Below are positions 27,317 through 35,100 of a stretch of DNA of 59,703 nucleotides, one piece after another. The notes beneath the pieces were generated by a model, which was not told the DNA's origin, did no database searches, and saw only the letters and a list, made by a program, of their open reading frames with translations. Each line of letters opens with the position of its first letter. Positions within the stretch are counted from its first letter, which is position 1. The stretch is from a virus. Taxonomy: Duplodnaviria > Caudoviricetes. A program made the position numbers and the translations under genes. The stretch covers positions 1-59,703 of IMG/VR virus record IMGVR_UViG_3300036770_004625; one strand, given 5' to 3'.

Positions 27317-27403
27317 TTAAAAAGTAATGGACGGGCCTAGGCCCTGCCGGTAATGTGAACATTACCGGCAGGGTGCCGGTAACCCTTAATACAGGAGAAA
27401 ATC
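27294..27403 (+). promoter_or_regulatory. Hairpin-promoter element E2
   Basis: CTATCGAGAC-GGC-GTCTCGATAG, TTAAAAAGTAATGGAC, TGGACG-17-TAATGT, 15-bp inverted repeat 27342-27373, ATACAGGAGA. Confidence 0.85.
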
Positions 27404-27838
27404 ATGGGCAATAGAGCCGTTATTACGTGGGGCACCGAAGGGTCTGAATCGGTGGGTGTTTATTTGCACTGGAACGGTGGCCGCGCGTCAGTGCGGGCTT
27501 TCCTGGACACGTGTAAGGCCCGAGGCTACCGGTCTCCGGTAGCCGATCCGTCGTATGCCATGGCTGGACTGGTGGCCGTGGTCCAAGAGTTTTTTGGCGC
27601 CACTGGGTTATCCGTTGGCGTCGACGTGATAAACCGCATGGACTGCGACAACATGGACAACGGGGTTTATCAGGTGGGCGAGGGTTGGCAAATTGTTGAC
27701 CGGTGGGGCGAGGGCTCGCAGTCGGTCGAGCTGACCATGGCCGCCATGCATGGCCGCGAGCTCGAGCAGTATGAGAGCATCATGGCCCAACTGGCGCGAG
27801 CCAGGGAACCGGCAGCCATCGTGTTTGAGACGGTCTAA
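27404..27838 (+). CDS. Early hypothetical protein, MG.RA.I/YLHWNG type (144 aa)
   Basis: MGNRAVI, VYLHWNGG and DNGVY motifs. Confidence 0.8.
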   Translation: MGNRAVITWGTEGSESVGVYLHWNGGRASVRAFLDTCKARGYRSPVADPSYAMAGLVAVVQEFFGATGLSVGVDVINRMDCDNMDNGVYQVGEGWQIVDRWGEGSQSVELTMAAMHGRELEQYESIMAQLARAREPAAIVFETV

Positions 27839-27840
27839 GG

Positions 27841-27955
27841 GACTATCGGGGCGCGAGCCCCGATAGTTATAAAGTAATGGACCGGGGCAGACCGCGCCGG
27901 TAATGTGTCACTTAACCCCGGCGCGGTGCTGGGGCCAATACAGGAGAATGACCAA
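27841..27955 (+). promoter_or_regulatory. Hairpin-promoter element E3
   Basis: ACTATCGGGGC-GCGA-GCCCCGATAGT, TATAAAGTAATGGAC, TGGACC-17-TAATGT, ACCGCGCCGG/CCGGCGCGGT, ATACAGGAGA. Confidence 0.85.
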
Positions 27956-28321
27956 ATGAAAGCTTATTTAATCGACCCTCAGGCCCAGCAAATCACCCAG
28001 GTGGAATACTCTGGCAATTACGAAGAGATTTATACGCATATCAACGCGCCGCTGTTCACCACGGCCACATTCAATAACGCGGGCGACACCTGCTTCGTCG
28101 ATGACGAGGGGCTCTTCAATGGTGACAATTGCTTCTTCGTCATCGCCGGTTATCCCCAGCCCCTGGCTGGGCGGGGCTTGGTCCTTGGCTGTAATGACGA
28201 AGGCGAGAGCACGGAGCCCAGCATTACATTGAACCAGCTGCGGGCCCTGGTGGACTGGGTCCCACGGTTTATGGTGGCGGCCGTGGCCGAGGCGCTCGAG
28301 GAGGAATACCGGCGGGGCTAG
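27956..28321 (+). CDS. DUF3846-like early protein (121 aa)
   Basis: MKAYLIDP, FVDDEGL and LAGRGLVLG...EGE motifs. Confidence 0.7.
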   Translation: MKAYLIDPQAQQITQVEYSGNYEEIYTHINAPLFTTATFNNAGDTCFVDDEGLFNGDNCFFVIAGYPQPLAGRGLVLGCNDEGESTEPSITLNQLRALVDWVPRFMVAAVAEALEEEYRRG

Positions 28322-28433
28322 ACTATCGGGGCCTTGGCCCCGATAGTTATAAAGTAATGGACGGCAGTTGACCGCGCCGGTAAAGTCTTACTTATCCCCG
28401 GCGCGGTGCTGGGGGCATACAGGAGAAAAGACC
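28321..28433 (+). promoter_or_regulatory. Hairpin-promoter element E4 (near copy of E3, 480 bp downstream)
   Basis: ACTATCGGGGCC-TT-GGCCCCGATAGT, TATAAAGTAATGGAC, TGGACG-17-TAAAGT, ACCGCGCCGG/CCGGCGCGGT, ATACAGGAGA. Confidence 0.85.
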
Positions 28434-28883
28434 ATGTTGCAAGATCTAGTGAATGAAGACACCCGTGGCCCTGGCTTTCCCGCCAGCTACAAGTACGACG
28501 GCCTGTTGAGAGAACTAGCGGCACTGCTCGTGCCCCATATCCTCGAGCATGTTGATGTGCAGAGGCTGTTCGCCGGTGCGTCCCAGCTGGTCACTCGTGA
28601 GACGGTCGAAGAGATCGTCCAGGCGAAGATGGACGAACTGGGCCCGATCGACAAGGACATGATCCGCGAGGTCTGCGAAGAGGTCGTCGATGCGTCAGAC
28701 ATCGACGATAAGATCAACGACTGGTACGTGAACAACTTCGACATCTCCGACTATGAATCGGAGATCAAGGACATGGTCGATGTGGACGATGCGGTCGAGA
28801 CCCACCTCAACACTTACCTGCACGACGAAGTGGTGTCGTGCATCCAGGGCCTCAAGTTTAATGTCGAGGTTTCGTCCAGGTAG
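28434..28883 (+). CDS. Highly acidic early protein (149 aa)
   Basis: About 34 D/E vs 12 K/R by hand count; ATACAGGAGA leader. Confidence 0.8.
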   Translation: MLQDLVNEDTRGPGFPASYKYDGLLRELAALLVPHILEHVDVQRLFAGASQLVTRETVEEIVQAKMDELGPIDKDMIREVCEEVVDASDIDDKINDWYVNNFDISDYESEIKDMVDVDDAVETHLNTYLHDEVVSCIQGLKFNVEVSSR

Positions 28884-28957
28884 TTGACAGCCACACCGAT
28901 ATCTGCCAAGATATCGGTGTAGTACATCTCAACCGCAGTCATACAGGAGAAATCAAC
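28884..28957 (+). promoter_or_regulatory. Hairpin-promoter element E5
   Basis: TTGACA at 28884; 12-bp stem ACACCGATATCT-GCCA-AGATATCGGTGT over the -10 position; ATACAGGAGA. Confidence 0.7.
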
Positions 28958-29230
28958 ATGCAGATCTACTCACTCAACATCGAGCGTCAATCCAGCTACT
29001 CTGACTTCAAACCCAACCAGCTGGTGTGCAAGGTTCAGCTGCGCGACATCGAGGGCAACTCTCAGATCGTAACCCTGGACGATGCGACCCTGGTCGCGAT
29101 CCTCGAGGTGATCCGCGAGGCCACCGTCGCCAAGTGCAAGGCCAACGCCGCCGTCGCCAAAGCCGCGATCGAATCCGCGATCGCGGCCCCAGCCCTGGAG
29201 GACGCCACCACGCTCAAGCTGGAGGACTGA
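28958..29230 (+). CDS. Early hypothetical protein (90 aa)
   Basis: ATACAGGAGA leader; last gene of the island. Confidence 0.8.
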   Translation: MQIYSLNIERQSSYSDFKPNQLVCKVQLRDIEGNSQIVTLDDATLVAILEVIREATVAKCKANAAVAKAAIESAIAAPALEDATTLKLED

Positions 29231-29239
29231 CTCTCCTGT

Positions 29240-29370
29240 CTGGCGCGTACCACGCGCCAGTCTTCCCGTCCAATTGCATTTTGCAATTGGACGGGGGGAA
29301 GTGATAGGCAATGCCTATCACTCCCAAACATCTCCCACAAAGGGTGGAGGCGGGGGTGGGCGGGCCCGCC
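29240..29370. repeat. Three back-to-back perfect hairpins with 3-nt loops, plus a GC palindrome
   Basis: 29240-29260 (9 bp), 29265-29295 (14 bp), 29300-29322 (10 bp); GGCGGGCCCGCC at 29359-29370. Confidence 0.9.
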
Positions 29371-29578
29371 TGGAGTCCCTTGAGAGTTGGTTGTGTTCCT
29401 TCTGTTCTGTCTGACTGCTTCCCACCTTTTGGCCCCGTCTCTCCTGCTTTGCCCCTTTAAACTCAGTTTTAGCCAGCCAGCCAACGAACGAAAACTTGGC
29501 AATTTCAAAACACCCCCGGTATCATACAAACACTTTTCCCACAAAAATTTTTGCAAAAAATTTAAACCTGAGGCTGCT

Positions 29579-30247
29579 ATGGACTACGAACCATTTAAGA
29601 ATGCGCCAAACGTTTCTTCTATGTTCATGACGGACCGTGGTTCGACGTACGCGCTTTTTGATGACCAGACCTCGCAACGTAATCGGAGTGGTGCGAATCA
29701 TGAGGACAAGAGCACGGGGTTGCAGCAGCGTTCTGGAAAGACAATATTTTTGGACCGGGATTCAATGAACAAGGTTGGTATGACGTTTCAGCGAGAAGAT
29801 GTAGCGACAAGATTCCTGCCCATTTTAGATAGTGAAAATAAGCCTACTGGCAGGGCGAAGTTAGAGCTAACGCAGGACCATACTTATCGGCCCTCGAAAC
29901 TTGTGCAGGGAAAGTTTGTGATGGGAGAGCCGCAGACGTTAAGGGCGGGGACGGTATTGACAGAAGTGCCGTACTCAACGAGGCCTGCGGTGGGGATGCA
30001 TCCGGTGGAGATTATGCGGTCGGAAAGTCCGATTGGGGATAGGGGTCGGGGAATTCATTTTGGCTCGAAGATTACGGAAATAGTAGATCGTGCTCGGGAG
30101 AAAGCGGCTGCAAACAGGGCAGTTGGAATTGGCGGTGGTGGGATGAATCCGATGGATATTGAGAGGGTTCCTGGAAAGCGTCCGTTGAAGATGGCCAAGG
30201 GTGGTATGGTGGACAAGGCGATTGCTGGTAATTGGAAGATTATTTAG
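29579..30247 (+). CDS. Hypothetical protein (222 aa) with C-terminal KRPLKMAKGG tag
   Basis: ATG 29579 after GAGG; shares a 24-aa C-terminal block with the next gene. Confidence 0.75.
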   Translation: MDYEPFKNAPNVSSMFMTDRGSTYALFDDQTSQRNRSGANHEDKSTGLQQRSGKTIFLDRDSMNKVGMTFQREDVATRFLPILDSENKPTGRAKLELTQDHTYRPSKLVQGKFVMGEPQTLRAGTVLTEVPYSTRPAVGMHPVEIMRSESPIGDRGRGIHFGSKITEIVDRAREKAAANRAVGIGGGGMNPMDIERVPGKRPLKMAKGGMVDKAIAGNWKII

Positions 30248-30256
30248 GGGTCATGC

Positions 30257-30676
30257 ATGCCTAAGAAAAAGAAACCTGAACCGTCGTACGCGGGCCGTGA
30301 GATGTATTCCGGCTCCGAACAAAATGAGCGGGACTTGCAGGAGTGGTGGGACTCGATGAACAAGGAAGAAAAGCGCATGGCGGAGGAGGCCAAGAAGCCA
30401 AAGACGCCGCCGTACAAACCGCTTGATCCAAAAGATCCGTTGGACAAGGCGATTATGGGTTTGGAGAGGCATGTACGAAAGTGGGAAAAATTCCAAGGAA
30501 TGTATGGCAATAAGTCTGCGCCTGCGGGTGGTGGGATGAATCCTGCTGATATAGAGAAGGTCCCTGGTAAGCGGCCCTTGAAGATGGCGAAGGGTGGCCT
30601 TGCTACTCGTGGGTATGGAATTGCAAGAAGGCCAGCGAAAAAGATGGTGAAGTTAGCGGTCACTAAGAAACGATGA
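30257..30676 (+). CDS. Lys-rich hypothetical protein (139 aa) with KRPLKMAKGG tag
   Basis: GGGMNPADIEKVPGKRPLKMAKGG..RGYGIA. Confidence 0.75.
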   Translation: MPKKKKPEPSYAGREMYSGSEQNERDLQEWWDSMNKEEKRMAEEAKKPKTPPYKPLDPKDPLDKAIMGLERHVRKWEKFQGMYGNKSAPAGGGMNPADIEKVPGKRPLKMAKGGLATRGYGIARRPAKKMVKLAVTKKR

Positions 30677-30686
30677 CTGCAGCCAA

Positions 30687-32147
30687 ATGACCACGATCCA
30701 AGATCCGTCGGCCGAGATTGCTCGTCTGGAGTACAGGCTTGAGCAGTTGCAGGTTCGTGAGCGGGCGAGGGAGAACTTTTTGGACTTTGTGCGGTATGTG
30801 TGGCCGGAGTTCATATGTGGCCCGCATCACAGAATCATGGCGGAGAAATTTGAGGCCCTGGTCCGTGGAGATTTGACCAGGGTCATTATTAATATTGCGC
30901 CTCGACATGGTAAGTCAGAGCTTACTTCGTATTTGTTTTTAGCGTGGCTCATGGGCCGTGATCCGACGTCGAAGATTATTCAGGCCACGCACACGGGGGA
31001 GTTGGCGATGCGGTTTGGTCGCAAGGTCAGGAACCTGATGGATTCGGAGTTGTACAAGGAGGTGTTTCCGGAGGTGGCGTTGGCGGCGGACAGTAAAGCG
31101 GCGGGCCGGTGGGAAACGAACAAGGGTGGGGAGTATTTTGCCACTGGTGTGGGTGGTGCGATGACGGGTCGTGGTGCGAATTATTTGGTCATTGATGATC
31201 CGCACTCGGAGCAGGATGCGTTGTCGGAGACGGCGATGGAAGCGGCGCATGAGTGGTACACGTCGGGACCTCGGCAGCGGCTGCAGCCTGGGGGCAAGAT
31301 TTTGTTGGTCATGACGAGGTGGTCGAAGAAGGATTTGACCGAGATGGTGTTGAAGGATCAGGCCAGAGATTCGAGGTCGGACAAGTGGGATGTGATTGAG
31401 TTTCCGGCGATCATGCCCAGTGGCAAGCCGTGTTGGCCGGAGTTTTGGAAGTTAGATGATTTGTTGGCGGTCAAGGCTGCGTTGCCTCTTAATAAGTGGA
31501 GTGCGCAGTGGCAGCAGAACCCGACCTCGGAAGAAGGAGCCATATTCAAGCGGGAGTGGTGGAAGGTTTGGCCGCATGAAAACATTCCACGCCTGAAGTA
31601 CATCATTCAGAGCTATGACACGGCGTATTCCAAGAAGGAGACGGCCGACTTTTCTGCGATTACGACGTGGGGAGTATTTCAGCCCAGTGTGGATGATCCG
31701 GACAGTTTGATTTTGTTGGATGCCAAGAAGGGGCGGTGGGACTTTCCGGAGTTAAAGAGAAAGGCGCTGGAGTTTTACAAGTTCTGGAACCCGGACTGTG
31801 TGTTAATCGAAGCGAAGGCTTCGGGGCTGCCGCTCACGCAAGAATTGCGCAGAACGGGCATTCCGGTAGTAAACTACTCACCTGGAGGGCGCAACAAATC
31901 GACGGACAAGGTCAGTCGAGCGAACTCGGTGTCTCCGGTTTTTGAGGCGGGGATGGTATGGGCCCCTGACCAGCCGTGGGCGGAGGAAGTTGTTGAGGAG
32001 ATGGCGGAGTTTCCGTTTGGAGAAAATGATGACCTCACGGACAGTGCTGTGCAAGCGGTGATCCGATTCCGCCAGGGCAATTTTATTGGGCTGCCGGATG
32101 ACTTTGAGGACGAGCCTTCTGAAGAACAACAGTACGTCTATTACTAA
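30687..32147 (+). CDS. terL: Terminase large subunit
   Basis: Walker A APRHGKS, Walker B LVIDDPH, MTRW, nuclease SYDTA and FP.G..DDLTDS. Confidence 0.96.
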   Translation: MTTIQDPSAEIARLEYRLEQLQVRERARENFLDFVRYVWPEFICGPHHRIMAEKFEALVRGDLTRVIINIAPRHGKSELTSYLFLAWLMGRDPTSKIIQATHTGELAMRFGRKVRNLMDSELYKEVFPEVALAADSKAAGRWETNKGGEYFATGVGGAMTGRGANYLVIDDPHSEQDALSETAMEAAHEWYTSGPRQRLQPGGKILLVMTRWSKKDLTEMVLKDQARDSRSDKWDVIEFPAIMPSGKPCWPEFWKLDDLLAVKAALPLNKWSAQWQQNPTSEEGAIFKREWWKVWPHENIPRLKYIIQSYDTAYSKKETADFSAITTWGVFQPSVDDPDSLILLDAKKGRWDFPELKRKALEFYKFWNPDCVLIEAKASGLPLTQELRRTGIPVVNYSPGGRNKSTDKVSRANSVSPVFEAGMVWAPDQPWAEEVVEEMAEFPFGENDDLTDSAVQAVIRFRQGNFIGLPDDFEDEPSEEQQYVYY

Positions 32148-32158
32148 GGACTGGGGCA

Positions 32159-35100
32159 ATGCAGACACCTGTGCCTAACCCAAATGCGAAACCGGTGATG
32201 CCGAGCACGGACAGTGATACACGGCCCACGGACCAGAACTTGCAGAAGTTTTTGGACTTCTTGGGCAAGGCTGAGGGGGCGGATTACAACGTCATTGTCG
32301 GTGGGAAGAAGTTCCAAGACTTCTCAAAGCATCCTAGTGTGGTCGGATTGCGCACCAAAGAGGGCCCGAGTACGGCGGCTGGTAAATACCAGATCACGAA
32401 GACGACTTACGATGACTATGCGCCTAAATTAGGCATCACTGACTTCTCTCCGCAAAGCCAAGATCGCATTGCGATCGAACTAATCCGCAGGAAAGGGGCC
32501 TTGGAGGATGTCCAGAAGGGTGATTTTCGCTCGGCGATAGACAAATTGGGCTCGACTTGGGCGTCTTTGCCCTCGAGTCCGTACACTCAGCCCAAGCGTG
32601 GGTGGGATTTTGCTGAAACTACGTTGGGTGTGCCCCTTGGTGAGCGTACTCAAATAGCCAAAGCGGCGACTCAGACGCAAAAAGCGACCAAGGGAGTGTC
32701 TCCATCGGCTAAAAAACCGATGAAACTGGCTTCTTTAGACACTTTACCGACCAGTTATCGCACGGCGCTGGCGTTGAACTTCTTGGCAGACAGTGATCCG
32801 GAGGACGAAGTCATGTCCAAAGCGATCGAAGTGCTCAGAACAACGCAAGAGGACAGTGAAAGGGGGGCGCCAGCGGGTGCAGCGACGCTTCAGAAATATA
32901 TAAAGTCGCAAAAACCGGTCGATCCTTTTCAATTTGTCGCTCGCGAAGAGGAGCCTCAGCAAAGAATGCGTCCTCCAGCAATTCGGAGGATGGCGCAAGG
33001 TGGTCTTGTGTACCGTCAAGCGGGCAGTCCGCATCAGGGGGAGCGTTCGCTCAATGAAGTACCACAGATTGGGCCCGATGGGAGGGTACTTTTACCGACA
33101 CCGAAACCTGAACCAGAGTTAAGTCTCGCAGAAAAAGCAAGAGGCCTGCTAGAAACCGGTGCGACGATCGCAACAGGGGCTGTTGCGGCGCCAATTGCGG
33201 CGGTAACAGGCTTGGCTCGTGGCAAAAACATCAATGAAGCCAATGTAGAGGCCGGGAAAGTGATGGAAGCGCTGACCTACATGCCTCGAACAGCGGCTGG
33301 GCGGGAGTATTTGCAGCAATTTGGCAAGGCAATGCAGGAGAGCAAGCTCGATGCGTTGCTTCCGCAGGCGCAGCTGCTCAATGTGCGTGTTGCGCCGGGT
33401 GCTGCAAGGTACTTGGGCGAGCAGGCCAAGGGAAAAGTTGAAGAAGCAGTCATGCCAGGACTGCGTGAGAAGGCCGGGGACCCTAATTTGACCCCGGAGC
33501 AGGTTTACGACGCCATGTTAGGCAAGCCCTCCGAAGTCCTTGCTGGGGCAAGTGCAAGCTACGCCACCCGTCCTCTGGGAACTCGAGCGGATGTAACAGG
33601 CGATGTTTACCAAGCCGCTAAGGTTTCGCAAAGATATGCGGAAGAAGCCTCATTAGAGGCGGATGACTACGTCCGGATACTGCAACGTGAGCTTGGGAAT
33701 ACGAACAACAGCTTGACGGAGATGAATACCGCGCTTGCTGAGATGCAAAACATGCCCATAGGCCAGCTCAGGGAAGATCCGGAGAAGTTTGCTCGCGTCA
33801 CTCGCCGTGTTGAAGAGCTTCAAGGTCAAAAGAGCATGTTGGAAGGTCGGATTGCCAAAGAAGCCGACCGTGCTCAGGTCTTTGGCAACTTTGCGCCTGC
33901 AATCCAGACTATTTCTGACAAGGCAGCAGACTACTTCTCGACGACTTTCGGCACGGTCAAAGATCCTTTGTACAAAGCCTTTATTGATGGGCGTTGGACA
34001 CCAAAGTGGATGAATGAAGTTGAAGGTGGCGGCATTTCCGGAGACATGCAGCTTAACTACGAGAGATTTATTCCACTGGAGCTAAAAGATTTAAATCCTT
34101 GGACAGAGCCCACTGCCGGAATGCCCAATCGGCCCGCAGTTCCTGCATTTGGTCTGACCTTAGACGATCTTCGAGCCATGGCCCGTGGCGAGACGGGCAC
34201 TCCGCTGCAGCAAGAACAATCACAAATCGCTCTTTCAAAAATGTACGACGCTTTGAGCGACCAAACGGGAGAAATCATCAGCCCGTACACGGACGTTGGC
34301 TTCTTTATGAACCCAGAGGCCAAAAAGTTGGTAGTCCCCGTTATGCAGGATGCAGCGGAAATAACCCTGCGAAACATGAAGAGGGCATTTACCGACCAGA
34401 ATCTTTTTGATTACGCCAAAAAAGACGGTGGGAGAGCGGCCGACGAAGCGCTAGAATCGATGGTTAGTCGTATGAGGAGAGCATCAAGCGAAGCATCGGA
34501 AGAGGCTAAGCAAAGAAACGAAGCAATGGTCCAAAACTTCATCGGTCAAGTAAAAGACGCTTTAAATGACTTTGAGGTTTTTGATGCAAGAACAAATGCC
34601 AACGTAGATGCATTTAGGTCAGAGTTGAGAAGAAAGCTTAACGAAGAAAATGCAGGCAGAAGATTTGATGACGATGAGTACGGGTGGGGAGAAAGGCCCG
34701 GACTCGAAACAGAAAATGTTTTAGACGCATTTGAAAACCACTACTTAAAAACGCTTAAGTATTACTACGACAATCATGCAGACCCTGCCGCTGGAAAGGT
34801 AACTACAACCTCTGATCCCAAGACCGTTGCCATGACCAAGATGCTGTACGAGTTGGTTGGGACGCCAGAGATGAAGAAAAAGAGCATCAAAGACATTGAG
34901 ACTGATCTCAGGCAGGCATTTGGCGGGAAATTTAAATGGAGGACCAGCAGCATAGACATGCGGACTCCAGAAGAAGTCGTGATGGCAGAAGCAATGGAAG
35001 CTGCTCATGGATCCATGGCGGATGTGTATGAAACGTTTTACAACCAAGTGCTAGAACAACAAGGGGCTCCAACGTCTGCCCTGTCTTTCCGTCGAGGCAA

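Noticed and set aside
26877-28957. Repeated palindromic elements as a CRISPR array or integron attC cassettes
   Set aside because: The intervening sequences are whole genes of about 270-450 bp; no cas genes or integron integrase; no RYYYAAC/GTTRRRY ends; each element carries its own promoter and RBS
29387-29578. N-terminal extension of the 286-aa ORF as a signal peptide
   Set aside because: TTG start without RBS, running through pyrimidine and A/T tracts; ATG 29579 with GAGG is more plausible
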